DNA of 64,000 bases from an uncultured Planctomycetia bacterium (lineage in GTDB: Bacteria > Omnitrophota > Gorgyraeia > 2-02-FULL-51-18). The stretch's first letter is position 1, and the number at the start of each line of letters is the position of its first letter. Positions 48,727-59,103 of the stretch are shown one piece after another. Made by a program: the position numbers and the translations under genes. The stretch lies in contig CAZXLF010000001.1 in NCBI GenBank assembly GCA_964642015.1, positions 432,168 through 496,167 of the forward strand, given 5' to 3'. The notes under the pieces are model-generated. The model did no database searches. It was not told where the DNA came from and worked only from the letters and a program-made list of their open reading frames with translations.

Positions 48727-49793
48727 TCTTTCTTTTTGTATTGGGCGTACTGGTAGTGGTGCATGAATTCGGTCATTTCATTGCCGCGAAAGCGGTCGGC
48801 GTGCGTGTGGAAAAATTTTCGATAGGATTCGGTCCCGTGATCTTCGGTAAAAAATTCGGGGAAACGGACTTTTGCGTCTCACTTTTGCCTTTGGGCGGAT
48901 TCGTGAAACTCGCGGGCGAAAGCCCTGAAGAATCCAAGGGTCACGCGTGGGAATTCAATTCGAAGAATCTGTTGCAGAAGTTCGTGATCGTTTTTGCCGG
49001 CCCGTTCATGAACGCATTTTTATCGTTCGTTATTTTTTCATCGATTTATCTCGTCGGACAGCCGACTCTTTCGAATAAAATTGGAAAAATATTGGACGGG
49101 GCTCCGGCGCAATCGGCGGGTTTGATGGAAAACGACCGTGTGCTTTCAGTGAATGGGCAGACCGTGACCTATTGGGAGGATATCCTGAAAGAGATCCACA
49201 AGAACCCGGAAAAGGTTTTTTTCAGCGTGCAAAGAGCGGATAAAGTAGTCAATGTTTTAGTGACACCGAAGAAACAAGTCACAAAGAGCCTTTTTGGAAA
49301 AAAACTTGAAGTTTCATTTGTGGGCATTGCTCCATCGAGCGAAATGCTTTACATTAAGAGCAGTCCGCTTCAGGCGATTATTTTGGGCGCTGACCGTGTT
49401 TGGAAGCTCACGTCAATGATCTTTTATTCATTGGGTCTGATGATTACGGGTGCGATGGCGTTCAAAGACTCCATGACCGGGCCGATAGGAATATTTTTTA
49501 TGACCAAAGAGGCCGCTCAAATGGGCTTGATTTATCTTTTTTATTTCATGGGCTCATTGAGCGTCAGCCTTTTTGTCCTCAATCTTTTGCCGATCCCGGT
49601 GCTCGACGGGGGGCACGTGCTTTTTATTTTGATCGAAAAGATCAAAGGCTCGCCGCTTAAAGATTCCATAAAAGAAAAAATGACGCAGGGCGGGATGGCC
49701 CTCCTTCTCTTGCTTATGGTTTTTGTAATATTTCAAGACATGCACCGGTTTTCCATTATTGACAACGCGATGAAACTTTTTAAAGGAAACTAA
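48711..49793 (+). CDS. rseP: RIP site-2 zinc metalloprotease RseP/YaeL (with PDZ domain)
   Basis: 'HEFGHF' HExxH zinc motif in TM1. Internal PDZ domain. 'LNLLPIPVLDGGH' LDG motif. 360 aa. Confidence 0.9.
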   Translation: MSSGLIFLFVLGVLVVVHEFGHFIAAKAVGVRVEKFSIGFGPVIFGKKFGETDFCVSLLPLGGFVKLAGESPEESKGHAWEFNSKNLLQKFVIVFAGPFMNAFLSFVIFSSIYLVGQPTLSNKIGKILDGAPAQSAGLMENDRVLSVNGQTVTYWEDILKEIHKNPEKVFFSVQRADKVVNVLVTPKKQVTKSLFGKKLEVSFVGIAPSSEMLYIKSSPLQAIILGADRVWKLTSMIFYSLGLMITGAMAFKDSMTGPIGIFFMTKEAAQMGLIYLFYFMGSLSVSLFVLNLLPIPVLDGGHVLFILIEKIKGSPLKDSIKEKMTQGGMALLLLLMVFVIFQDMHRFSIIDNAMKLFKGN

Positions 49794-51506
49794 ATGCGCT
49801 GGACAAGAACTTTAATTCCCACGTTAAAGGAAAACCCGCAGGAAGCGCAGATCAAAAGTCACCGTTACATGCTGAGAGCGGGACTGATCCGAAAATTGGC
49901 CAGCGGGACCTACAGCTATCTTCCTTTAGGTCTTCGCGCACTGCAAAAAGCGACGGAGATCGTGCGTGAGGAAATGGACAGGACCGGAGCGCTCGAAGTG
50001 CTTTTGCCGGCGATACATCCGGCTGAGCTTTGGAAGGAATCAGGCCGTTTCGAGATCTTGGGGGAAGACATGGTTCATTTCAAGGACAGGCACGGAAAAG
50101 AGAATGTGCTGGGACCCACACACGAGGAAGTGATCACGGACCTTGCGCGACGGGAAATTCACTCCTACAAGCAGCTGCCGGTGACGCTTTATCAGATCCA
50201 GACAAAATTCCGCGATGAGATGCGTCCGAGGTCGGGGATCATCCGGAGCCGTGAATTTCTTATGAAAGATGCTTATAGTTTTCACACAAGCGATCAGAGT
50301 CTTGATGAAACTTACAATGCAATGAAAGAGGCCTATAAAAAGATCTTCACGCGTTGCGGTTTGGAGTTTTACATTGTTCAAGCGGATCCGGGTGCTATGG
50401 GCGGCTCGGGCTCTCAGGAATTTGTTTTATTTTCCGATGCAGGGGAAGATTGGATGGTGCAGTATGGAAATTCTGAGACAGTCGTCAGCGTCGAAATGGC
50501 GGAAAGAAAAACAAAGAATGGCGCCTTTCCTAAAAATGCGCTCTCGGGAAAATTTTCTAAAGAACACACACCTGGTCACAGCAGCGTAGAAGGAGTTGCC
50601 CAGTTTCTGAAGAAAATGCCGAAAGATTTGGTCAAAACGATGATCTATCAGCGCCCCGACGGGTCGTTCTTCGAAGTGTTGGTGAGGGGTGACCATGAAG
50701 TCAGTGAATTTAAATTAAAGAAAATCGAGCCCGGCTCTTTCATGGCTTCGCGTGACGCTATTGAAAAGCTCGGTTTTGCATTTGGTTTTAGCGGGCCATT
50801 TGGCACAAAACTCAAATCTTATATAGACGAAGACATTTTGGACATGCAGAATTTTGTAGTTGGAGCTAATATCCGTGATCATCATTTGGTAAATTTTAAT
50901 TTAGGGGATATTCGTAGTGACGATATTCAAATAGGCGATTTCAGGCAAGTTGTGGAAGGTGATTTTTCTAAAGACGGCAAAAAGTTAAATTTTAAGACCG
51001 CCATTGAGCTTGGCCACATTTTTAAATTGAATCTTCGTTACTCAGTCCCACTCAAAGCCCATTATCTGGATGCCGAAGGAAAAGATAATCCAATGATCAT
51101 GGGTTGCTACGGGATCGGCGTGAATCGTATCCTAGCCGCTGCTATTGAACAACATTCTGATGACAAAGGCATTGTTTGGCCGAAAAATATCAGTCCGTTT
51201 CAGGTTTTAGTGGTCATGATCGATCCAAAAGACGAAACTTCCATTAAGATCGTTGAGGAGCTTGAGGCTTCCAACGAATTCAAGGCAAAAGGCGTGGATA
51301 TTTTGATCGACGACCGCACAGAGACGGCGGGGGTCAAATTTAACGATGCCGACTTGATCGGGATCCCTTTACGCGTCATCTTGGGCCCCAAGAACTTAAA
51401 GCAGGGGAAAGTCGAGCTAAAAGTCAGAAAAACCGGCGAGATAACCCTGGTTTCCATATCTGAGCTTTTTTCGAGCATTCTTAAGATTCTTGACAAACTA
51501 GCGTAG
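49794..51506 (+). CDS. proS: prolyl-tRNA synthetase (bacterial type with an editing insertion)
   Basis: Class II aaRS motifs ('FRDEMRPRSGIIRSREFLMKDAYSF' motif 2 region), a central editing (INS) domain and a C-terminal anticodon-binding domain. 570 aa. Confidence 0.95.
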   Translation: MRWTRTLIPTLKENPQEAQIKSHRYMLRAGLIRKLASGTYSYLPLGLRALQKATEIVREEMDRTGALEVLLPAIHPAELWKESGRFEILGEDMVHFKDRHGKENVLGPTHEEVITDLARREIHSYKQLPVTLYQIQTKFRDEMRPRSGIIRSREFLMKDAYSFHTSDQSLDETYNAMKEAYKKIFTRCGLEFYIVQADPGAMGGSGSQEFVLFSDAGEDWMVQYGNSETVVSVEMAERKTKNGAFPKNALSGKFSKEHTPGHSSVEGVAQFLKKMPKDLVKTMIYQRPDGSFFEVLVRGDHEVSEFKLKKIEPGSFMASRDAIEKLGFAFGFSGPFGTKLKSYIDEDILDMQNFVVGANIRDHHLVNFNLGDIRSDDIQIGDFRQVVEGDFSKDGKKLNFKTAIELGHIFKLNLRYSVPLKAHYLDAEGKDNPMIMGCYGIGVNRILAAAIEQHSDDKGIVWPKNISPFQVLVVMIDPKDETSIKIVEELEASNEFKAKGVDILIDDRTETAGVKFNDADLIGIPLRVILGPKNLKQGKVELKVRKTGEITLVSISELFSSILKILDKLA

Positions 51507-51547
51507 CTTTGCTAAATTAAACCATCAATTAGAGTTACCTTTTTTGA

Positions 51548-51572
51548 AAGTGGGTGAATACCCACTTTTTTT
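51548..51572 (+). terminator. rho-independent terminator downstream of proS
   Basis: Read directly: 7-bp stem AAGTGGG/CCCACTT with a 6-nt loop, followed by TTTTTTT. Confidence 0.6.
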
Positions 51573-51620
51573 ATTATATGGGATTTTGACCTTATTTGGG
51601 CTTTTAAAGTTAGGTTTGAA

Positions 51621-52103
51621 ATGTCATTGCCCTTTGAAATAGAGAAACTTCGCGAAGAAATCAGAAGCCAGATCGAAAAACTAGGCGCAGAGCTGATAGA
51701 TATCCATTTCCGCAAAAGCAGCGGCAGGAGCGCCTTGGTTTTGATGGTGGATAAACCAAGCGGCATCACGCTTGACGATTGCGCTGACATCAACCGGCGT
51801 CTCGGCGAGTATTTGGACGGATTATCGGAAGAAAGCAGTTTTCTTAATACGCCTTACTATTTGGAAGTTAACAGTCCGGGTTTGGATCGCCCGTTAAAGA
51901 CAAAGGCGGATTTTGAACGAGCGGCGGGACAAAAAGTGCGTGTGGCATACAAGAGTGAACAAGGTGCCGGACTTGTTTGTGTGGGTAAAGTTTTGGGATT
52001 TGAGGGTGAACTGCTGAATCTTCAGTCCGGCGGAGATAAGAAAGTTTCTATCCCGTTGAATGCAATCACGAAGGCGTCACGGGAAATACAGATAGGAAAA
52101 TAA
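51621..52103 (+). CDS. rimP: ribosome maturation factor RimP
   Basis: 160 aa with 'YYLEVNSPGLDRPLK' signature. First gene of the canonical rimP-nusA-infB operon. Confidence 0.9.
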   Translation: MSLPFEIEKLREEIRSQIEKLGAELIDIHFRKSSGRSALVLMVDKPSGITLDDCADINRRLGEYLDGLSEESSFLNTPYYLEVNSPGLDRPLKTKADFERAAGQKVRVAYKSEQGAGLVCVGKVLGFEGELLNLQSGGDKKVSIPLNAITKASREIQIGK

Positions 52104-52109
52104 GAAAAA

Positions 52110-53390
52110 ATGAGCACAGAGCTTTTGACAGTATTAGAAAATATCGAGCGTGAAAAGGGGATAAGCCGACAAGTTTTGATCGAGTCGGTCGAAGCGGCAT
52201 TGGTCTCTGCTGCAAAAAAAGTGATCCATGATAAGGATAAGGAGGTCGAGGTCAAGATCGACCTTGAGACCGGAAAGATCAAAGTTTTTTCTGAGGGCAA
52301 GGAGATCGTTTCCAATGAATTTGGCCGTATTGCCGCTCAGACCGCCAAACAGGTTATTTTTCAAAAGATCCGCGAAGCCGAACGCGATGTTATTTTTAAT
52401 GAGTTCAATCAAAAGGCGGATTCGATCACGACGGGTACGGTTTATCGTTTTGAAAAGGGCGCTTTGCTTGTGGATCTTGGAAAGACCGAGGGAGTTCTGC
52501 CGAAACGCGAAATGTCGCCAAGGGACAGTTACCGCCAGGGCGATACGATCCGGGCTTATATCCTGGAGGTCAGCAAGACATCAAAAGGTCCCCAGATCAT
52601 CCTTTCGAGAAGCCATCCCGGATTTGTGAAATGTTTGTTTGAACTCGAGGTTCCCGAAGTCGCCGAAGGTATGGTCGAGATCATGTCGGTGTCACGCGAA
52701 GCGGGGGACCGCACTAAGATCGCTGTTTGGTCAAAAAATGAAAAAGTTGACTGCGTCGGCGCATGCGTCGGGATCCGCGGGTCAAGGGTCAAGGGCGTTG
52801 TGAAAGAATTGCAAGGCGAGAAGATCGATATCGTTCGCTGGAGCGAAAATATTGACGAATATGTGCAAGCGGCGCTTAGCCCGGCCGAAATATCTTCGGT
52901 GAAAGTGATCAACCATGAAGACAAAAAAGTCGAAGTTATAGTCAGCGACGATCAACTGTCGTTAGCGATCGGAAAGAATGGTCAGAATGTGCGTCTTGCT
53001 TCTAAATTGACCGGATGGTCCATTGATATCCGTTCTAAGAAAGAGATCGTGAAAGAAAAGCTTGAAGCTAGCATGACACCCGAAACTGCAGAGACTCAAG
53101 CTGTTCAACCTCAAATGATCGAGTCGATCGAAGGGATTGGTCCCAAAACCGCCGAGACTCTGGCAGGCGCGGGATACAAAACCCTGGATGACCTAAAGAA
53201 CGCAAGCGATGAAGCGCTTCTTTCGATCAAAGGCGTCGGGAAAAAAGCCCTCGAAAAGATCCGAAAAGCGACTCACGGGATCGTTGAAGGAGAAAGCGCG
53301 GCCCAATCCCAAGAGGCTGAAGGTGTAGAAGAAAATCCCAAACAAAGCGTCGAGGAAGAGTCGAACAAAGAGGGCGAAAAAGAATCTTAA
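52110..53390 (+). CDS. nusA: transcription termination/antitermination factor NusA
   Basis: N-terminal domain, S1 domain, KH1/KH2 domains ('IAVWSKNEKVDCVGACVGIRGSRVKGVVKEL', 'SLAIGKNGQNVRLASKLTGW') and a C-terminal HhH region with an acidic tail. 426 aa. Confidence 0.95.
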   Translation: MSTELLTVLENIEREKGISRQVLIESVEAALVSAAKKVIHDKDKEVEVKIDLETGKIKVFSEGKEIVSNEFGRIAAQTAKQVIFQKIREAERDVIFNEFNQKADSITTGTVYRFEKGALLVDLGKTEGVLPKREMSPRDSYRQGDTIRAYILEVSKTSKGPQIILSRSHPGFVKCLFELEVPEVAEGMVEIMSVSREAGDRTKIAVWSKNEKVDCVGACVGIRGSRVKGVVKELQGEKIDIVRWSENIDEYVQAALSPAEISSVKVINHEDKKVEVIVSDDQLSLAIGKNGQNVRLASKLTGWSIDIRSKKEIVKEKLEASMTPETAETQAVQPQMIESIEGIGPKTAETLAGAGYKTLDDLKNASDEALLSIKGVGKKALEKIRKATHGIVEGESAAQSQEAEGVEENPKQSVEEESNKEGEKES

Positions 53391-53391
53391 A

Positions 53392-55662
53392 ATGTCCATC
53401 CGCGTGCATGAATTAGCGAAAGAATTAAAGCTTACGTCCAAAGAGCTTATCGATAAATTCAAAGCTCTCAAGATCGATGCCAAGAGCCACATGAGCGTCC
53501 TAACAGATGCGGATGTCAAGGCTGTAAAGAATTCCTTGTCAAAATCTGCGTTGCCCGCGAAACAAGCTTCAGCTTCCCAGGCGGCTGTCAAATCAGCTCC
53601 GGTTGCGTCAAAGGTAGAGCCTAAAACGTCGCAAACGGCGTCGATAGAAAATGTAAAAAAAGAATTCCTGCTTCAGCGAAGCGGAATGAAAAGCGCTGCA
53701 CCGGTTCAAGAGGTTAAAAAACCCCGTGTTACGCCGGCGCCGGTTTCGCATGTGATGGCTCCGCGTCCAGCGGCTTCTCCCAAGCCAAAGCCAGCCGCGC
53801 CGGATATTAAAAAGCCGATCAAACACATTGCCCATGAAGTCCCTCAGCACAAAGAAATTCCATCGGTGAGCACTGTCACCGTTCCGGTCGAACCCGAAGT
53901 CAAGCGTATCCGCAAGATAGAAGTTGAAACCCCGATTAGCGTGAAAGATCTTGCCGCGAAATTTTTCGTTAAGCCCAGCGATCTTATCCAAAAACTTATC
54001 AAACTGAATATTTTTGCGACGATCAATCAATCGCTTAATTTTGAAGTTGCTGCCAAAGTCGCTCAAGAATTCAGTTTTGAGATCGAAAAACCGACCAAGA
54101 CAGAAGAATCCAAGGTTGAAATAAAGCAAGCATCGGTTGACGCCTCTCTTTTGAAGCCAAGGGCTCCGATCGTGACTTTTATGGGTCATGTTGACCACGG
54201 AAAAACATCGCTTCTTGACGCAATAAGAAACACCAAGGTCGCCGCAAAAGAAGCGGGCGGTATTACGCAGCATATCGGTGCTTATGAAGTTTTCCTTCCG
54301 AAAGGCGCTGTAACATTTTTAGATACGCCTGGCCATGAGGCTTTCACTGCGATGAGGGCTCGCGGTGCCCGCGCTACGGATGTTGTGGTCCTTGTCGTTG
54401 CCGCTGATGATGGCGTCATGCCTCAAACGATTGAGGCTATTGATCACGCAAAGGCAGCCAACGTACCAATTATCGTGGCTATCAATAAGACCGATCTGCC
54501 GGCCGCCAATCCAGATCGCGTCAAAAAAGCTTTGATGGAGCATGGACTTATGTCCGAAGATTGGGGCGGCAAGACGATTATGATCCCGGTTTCGGCTAAG
54601 ACCGGCAAGGGGATCGACGATCTTCTTGAGATGCTAGCTTTAGAATCTGACCTTCTGGAACTTAGAGCGAATCCATCGGGTTCGGCGACAGGTGTTGTTG
54701 TAGAAGCCGAGCTTTCGAAAGAAAGCGGCGTTTTGGCAACGGTTTTGGTGCAGGACGGAACATTGAATGTCGGTGATGTGGCGATCGTGGGAAATTTTTA
54801 CTGCAAAGTGCGCGCGATGATCAATGACCGAGGTCAGAGGATCAAAGAAGCGCTGCCTTCGATGCCGGTAGAAATTCTCGGGTTACCGGGTGTGCCAAAG
54901 GCCGGAGATCGTTTTTATGTAGTGAAGGACGAACGGGTGGCCAAAGAAATCATGGAACAGAAACAAAGCACCGCCACAGATAAGAGTGCTTCGGGCGGCC
55001 ACATTACTTTGGAACAGCTTTTTGAAGGCATCAAATCCGGCAAAGTTGAGCAATTGAAGTTGATCATTAAATCGGACGTTCAGGGCTCTGTTGAAGCATT
55101 GCGATCTACGCTCGATAAAATCCAGTCAAAGAACGTGAAGCTTAATATCATTCACTCAGGAATCGGGGATATTACCGAATCCGATGTGATGCTGGCTGCT
55201 GCGTCGGACGCCGTCGTGATTGGTTTTCATGTCGGCATCGTCGGTACGGCGAAAGAGATCGCCGAAACAGAGCAAGTCGACGTACGTTTTTACGAGATCA
55301 TTTATGAAGTAAAGTCGGCCATTGAGAAAGCCATGGAAGGCCTTTTGATGCCTGAATTAAAAGAGATCTTCGTGGGTGTTGCCGAAGTGCGTCAGGTGTT
55401 CAAGGTTTCTAAAGTGGGTTCGATCGCCGGTTGTACCGTGCAAAAGGGGAAGATCGTCAGGAATTTTCCATGCCGCGTCATGCGCAATGGAGCGAAGATT
55501 CATGAAGGCAAAGTCGAGTCTTTGAAGCGTTTCAAAGACGATGCCCGCGAAGTGCTCGAAGGTTTTGAGTGCGGTATCGGGGTTTCCAATTTCGATGAGA
55601 TCGTCTCAGGCGACCGCATCGAGGTTTATGAGATCCAGAAGAAAGCAAGGAAGCTGGAGTAA
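53392..55662 (+). CDS. infB: translation initiation factor IF-2
   Basis: G-domain '[19 protein letters not shown]', '[16 protein letters not shown]', 'NKTD'. Low-complexity Ala/Pro/Lys-rich N-terminal region. 756 aa. Confidence 0.95.
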   Translation: MSIRVHELAKELKLTSKELIDKFKALKIDAKSHMSVLTDADVKAVKNSLSKSALPAKQASASQAAVKSAPVASKVEPKTSQTASIENVKKEFLLQRSGMKSAAPVQEVKKPRVTPAPVSHVMAPRPAASPKPKPAAPDIKKPIKHIAHEVPQHKEIPSVSTVTVPVEPEVKRIRKIEVETPISVKDLAAKFFVKPSDLIQKLIKLNIFATINQSLNFEVAAKVAQEFSFEIEKPTKTEESKVEIKQASVDASLLKPRAPIVTFMGHVDHGKTSLLDAIRNTKVAAKEAGGITQHIGAYEVFLPKGAVTFLDTPGHEAFTAMRARGARATDVVVLVVAADDGVMPQTIEAIDHAKAANVPIIVAINKTDLPAANPDRVKKALMEHGLMSEDWGGKTIMIPVSAKTGKGIDDLLEMLALESDLLELRANPSGSATGVVVEAELSKESGVLATVLVQDGTLNVGDVAIVGNFYCKVRAMINDRGQRIKEALPSMPVEILGLPGVPKAGDRFYVVKDERVAKEIMEQKQSTATDKSASGGHITLEQLFEGIKSGKVEQLKLIIKSDVQGSVEALRSTLDKIQSKNVKLNIIHSGIGDITESDVMLAAASDAVVIGFHVGIVGTAKEIAETEQVDVRFYEIIYEVKSAIEKAMEGLLMPELKEIFVGVAEVRQVFKVSKVGSIAGCTVQKGKIVRNFPCRVMRNGAKIHEGKVESLKRFKDDAREVLEGFECGIGVSNFDEIVSGDRIEVYEIQKKARKLE

Positions 55663-55671
55663 TATCAATCT

Positions 55672-56679
55672 ATGAGCCGGATCCTTTCCGGAATGAGACC
55701 GACCGGTCCTTTGCATTTGGGCCATTTGCTCGGGGCGCTTGAAAGCTGGATCAAGCTTCAAGAAAGCCACGAGTGTTTTTTTATGGTCGCCGATCTTCAT
55801 GCGCTGATGGGCGAATATGAAAATCCGGCTGATATCCGGAAAAATTCGATCGAAATGGTGATCGACTGGCTGGCGTGTGGCATTGATCCAAAGAAAAGCA
55901 CGATCTTTATTCAATCGCAAGTACCCGAACATTCTGAATTAGCTTTGATGCTGGGAATGCTGACACCGCTCGGGTGGCTCGAAAGAAACCCGACTTACAA
56001 GGAACAATTGAGAGAAATTCAAGGCCGCGATCTGACAACTTTCGGATTTTTAGGTTATCCGGTTCTGCAAACGGCGGATATATTGCTTTATAAAGCGGAC
56101 CGCGTCCCCGTAGGCGAAGACCAGCTGGCGCATTTAGAGTTGGCTCGAGAAATTGTCAGGCGTTTTAAACATTTTTATAAGAAAGAGACGTTCCCTGAGC
56201 CGCAAGCGATGCTGACGAACGAGCCTCGTATATTGGGAACGGACCGACGGAAGATGTCGAAAAGTTATGGGAACGCGATCAATTTTTCAGACTCTGATGA
56301 AACTGTGAGAAAAAAAGTGCAGTCCATGATCACAGATCCTGATCGTGTCAAGTCGTCCGATCCCGGTCATCCGGATATTTGCAATGTTTATTCTTATTAC
56401 AAGATCTTTTCCGATGCGGCCGTTGTCAAGGATGTTCATGAATGGTGTACAAAGGCCAAAAAAGGCTGCACGGATTGCAAAAAGGAATTCGGTGCTATTT
56501 TGGCCAAAAAGATGGACCCTATTCGGCAGCGGCGCGAAGAGATCGCCAAAGACCAGCACCGTCTGATCCAGATAATTTCGGAAGGATGTGAGAAGGCGCG
56601 CAAAGTTGCTCAGAACACGATGAACGATGTCCGTGAGGTCTTTCATTTGATGAATTTTGAGGCAAGCGGTGTCAAATAA
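55672..56679 (+). CDS. trpS: tryptophanyl-tRNA synthetase
   Basis: Class I motifs 'SGMRPTGPLHLGHL' (HIGH-type) and 'KMSKS'. 335 aa. Confidence 0.95.
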   Translation: MSRILSGMRPTGPLHLGHLLGALESWIKLQESHECFFMVADLHALMGEYENPADIRKNSIEMVIDWLACGIDPKKSTIFIQSQVPEHSELALMLGMLTPLGWLERNPTYKEQLREIQGRDLTTFGFLGYPVLQTADILLYKADRVPVGEDQLAHLELAREIVRRFKHFYKKETFPEPQAMLTNEPRILGTDRRKMSKSYGNAINFSDSDETVRKKVQSMITDPDRVKSSDPGHPDICNVYSYYKIFSDAAVVKDVHEWCTKAKKGCTDCKKEFGAILAKKMDPIRQRREEIAKDQHRLIQIISEGCEKARKVAQNTMNDVREVFHLMNFEASGVK

Positions 56680-57394
56680 CTATAAAGTACGTTTGGATAT
56701 TTTCGAGGGGCCGCTCGATCTGCTTTTGTATCTGATCAAAAAGGACGAGTTGAATATTTATGATATTCCGATCACACAGATCACTGAGCAATATTTGGAA
56801 TACTTGAATTTGATGGATCTCTTGGACCTGGATATTGCCGGAGAATTTTTGGTGATGGCAGCAACTTTGATGCAGATCAAGTCAAAGATGCTTTTGCCTC
56901 CCGATCCGACGGAAACAGCGCTTGAAGAACTGGATCCTCGCGCAGAACTGGTGAGAAGACTGCTCGAATACAAGGCGTTCAAAGAAGCCGCAGAAAGACT
57001 GAGGGATTTCGAGGATAAGCGCACAGAGATCTTTACACGTTATGGCGCAGAGCCTGAATTGGACGGAGGAGACAGTCCGTTTCTTGAGGTTTCGCTTTTT
57101 GACCTGATCTCGGCATTTTCTGTGGTATTAAAAAATCTGCCGAAAAGCGATACGCATGAAGTAGTCAAAGATGAATTTACAGTTGCTGAAAAAGTTCATG
57201 AGATATTCCATCGACTCGTAAAAGAGCCGGTGATCTATTTCAGCGACCTCTTTAAGACCTCTAAGAACAAGTTCGAGGTCATCACCATATTTTTAGCGGT
57301 GCTTGAGCTGATCCGACTTAAGGAAGTGACGATCAGGCAGGACCGTCATTTTTCGGAGATCGAAATAGCGAGAAACGTGCGTGTACCGGAGTGA
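56657..57394 (+). CDS. scpA: segregation and condensation protein A (kleisin)
   Basis: 'YKVRLDIFEGPLDLLLYLIKK' canonical ScpA N-terminus. 245 aa. TTG or GTG start overlapping the trpS end. Confidence 0.85.
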   Translation: MRQAVSNNYKVRLDIFEGPLDLLLYLIKKDELNIYDIPITQITEQYLEYLNLMDLLDLDIAGEFLVMAATLMQIKSKMLLPPDPTETALEELDPRAELVRRLLEYKAFKEAAERLRDFEDKRTEIFTRYGAEPELDGGDSPFLEVSLFDLISAFSVVLKNLPKSDTHEVVKDEFTVAEKVHEIFHRLVKEPVIYFSDLFKTSKNKFEVITIFLAVLELIRLKEVTIRQDRHFSEIEIARNVRVPE

Positions 57395-57397
57395 ATC

Positions 57398-58027
57398 ATG
57401 GAAAAAAATAATGAACTAAAATACATCGTTGAAGCGCTGCTTTTTGCCAGCGACAGGCCGTTATCCGCCGAAGAAATGAAGGAGGCGTTCGAGGAAAAGA
57501 TCACCTCGGCAGATATTGCCTCGAGTTTAGACGCTTTGAAAGCCGACTATGAGGAACAAGGGCGCGGCTTCCGGCTTTTTGAGATAGCCGGCGGTTTTCA
57601 GCTTGTAACAGACTCGCGTTTAGCGCCTTATCTCAAAAGATTTTATGAGGAACGCGAGAAAAAGCGCCTTTCTCAAGCGAGTCTCGAAACGCTTTCGGTG
57701 ATCGCGTACCGGCAGCCGGTCACACGCGCGGACATTGAGTTCATCCGGGGTGTTAATGTCGACGGAGCGATCAAAACTCTTTTGGAAAAAGGGCTCGTGA
57801 AGATCGTTGGCCGCAAAGAAGTGCCGGGGCGTCCGATGCTTTACGGTACGACAAAGATTTTTCTCGATCATTTCGGCTTGAAATCTACCAAGGAACTTCC
57901 GGCGTTATCGGAGTATTCCTTGAAAGATATTGAACCGCATCTTTTACCACCGGAACTCAAAGGATCCGCAGAAGGCGAGACCGAAATGGCCGAACAAACT
58001 GACCAGAAAACAGGCGGTGAAGAATGA
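57398..58027 (+). CDS. scpB: segregation and condensation protein B
   Basis: 'IVEALLFASDRPLS' N-terminus and tandem winged-helix architecture. 209 aa. Follows scpA. Confidence 0.85.
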   Translation: MEKNNELKYIVEALLFASDRPLSAEEMKEAFEEKITSADIASSLDALKADYEEQGRGFRLFEIAGGFQLVTDSRLAPYLKRFYEEREKKRLSQASLETLSVIAYRQPVTRADIEFIRGVNVDGAIKTLLEKGLVKIVGRKEVPGRPMLYGTTKIFLDHFGLKSTKELPALSEYSLKDIEPHLLPPELKGSAEGETEMAEQTDQKTGGEE

Positions 58028-59103
58028 GCGTTGATGGAGCCCGCAAACTGATCGATTCGATCGATGAGAAAATACTCAAGCTATTGAATGAGCGGGCCGA
58101 AGCGTCCAAGAGGATCGGCAAGATCAAACTGAAAGAAGGCCAGGGCATTTATGCTCCTCATCGCGAGAAAGAAGTGCTCGATCGTTTGAAGGTTATCAAT
58201 AAAGGCCCTTTGACGCCTGCTGCGATCGAGGCGATCTATCGCGAGATCATGTCAAGTTCCATCAGTCTCGAGAAAGAAGTGCGGATCGCTTATTTAGGTC
58301 CCGAATCAACATTCACCCATCAGGCTGCGCAGAAAAAATTCGGTGCGTCGGTCCAATATTTTCCGTGCACCAATATTTCGGATGTGTTCGCTGAAGTTGA
58401 GCGGGGACGGAGCGACTATGGTGTAGTGCCCGTCGAGAATTCAACAGAGGGTGCCGTCAATTATACGCTCGATATGTTCATTGAATCGGGTCTCAAAATA
58501 TGCGCCGAGCTTTATCTGCCGATCAATCATAATTTATTGTCCAACGCCGCTTCACTCAAGAAGATCAATCAGATCTACTCGATCCCGCAGGCGCTGGCGC
58601 AGTGCCGCCTTTGGCTCGAATCCAATATCCCCGGCGCGCGTTTGATGCCGGCAGCGAGCACCGCGGATGCGGCGCGTTACGTAGCCGAACATCCTCAGTT
58701 CAAAAATGAGATCGCCTGCATCGCAAGCGTTCTGGCGGCGAAAGAGTACCATCTGCGCGTCTTAGCGCCTTCGATCGAGGATAGCGCGAATAACACCACG
58801 CGTTTTATCGTTATTGCGCGCAATGATGCCAAGCCGACAGGCAAGGACAGAACATCGATCGTTTTTTCGGTGAAAGACCGTGTAGGCGCATTGCATGATA
58901 TTTTACTTCATTTCCAGAAGGCGAACATCAATCTGACAAAGATCGAATCTCGTCCGTCCAAAAAGAAGATCTGGAGTTATTTCTTTTTCGTCGATTTTGA
59001 GGGTCATGTGCAGGACCCGAAGATCACGCAAGCGCTGGCCAATCTCGAAAAAAACTGCACGTTGTTCAAGATCCTCGGTTCTTATCCGAAAGCGGATTTT
59101 TAA
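58024..59103 (+). CDS. pheA: bifunctional chorismate mutase / prephenate dehydratase (P-protein) with a C-terminal ACT domain
   Basis: N-terminal AroQ chorismate mutase helix bundle ('IDSIDEKILKLLNERAEASKRIGKIK'). PDT domain 'AYLGPESTFTHQAA', 'TRF' motif. C-terminal ACT 'TSIVFSVKDRVGALHDIL'. 359 aa. Confidence 0.9.
   Translation: MSVDGARKLIDSIDEKILKLLNERAEASKRIGKIKLKEGQGIYAPHREKEVLDRLKVINKGPLTPAAIEAIYREIMSSSISLEKEVRIAYLGPESTFTHQAAQKKFGASVQYFPCTNISDVFAEVERGRSDYGVVPVENSTEGAVNYTLDMFIESGLKICAELYLPINHNLLSNAASLKKINQIYSIPQALAQCRLWLESNIPGARLMPAASTADAARYVAEHPQFKNEIACIASVLAAKEYHLRVLAPSIEDSANNTTRFIVIARNDAKPTGKDRTSIVFSVKDRVGALHDILLHFQKANINLTKIESRPSKKKIWSYFFFVDFEGHVQDPKITQALANLEKNCTLFKILGSYPKADF

Noticed and set aside
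51586-51614. Possible promoter for the rimP-nusA-infB operon (TTGACC at 51586-51591)
   Set aside because: The -35 hexamer is good but no acceptable -10 hexamer lies 16-18 bp downstream (GTTAGG / TTTAAA at the wrong spacing). Not reported as a feature. The operon may be driven from further upstream or by read-through past the proS terminator.
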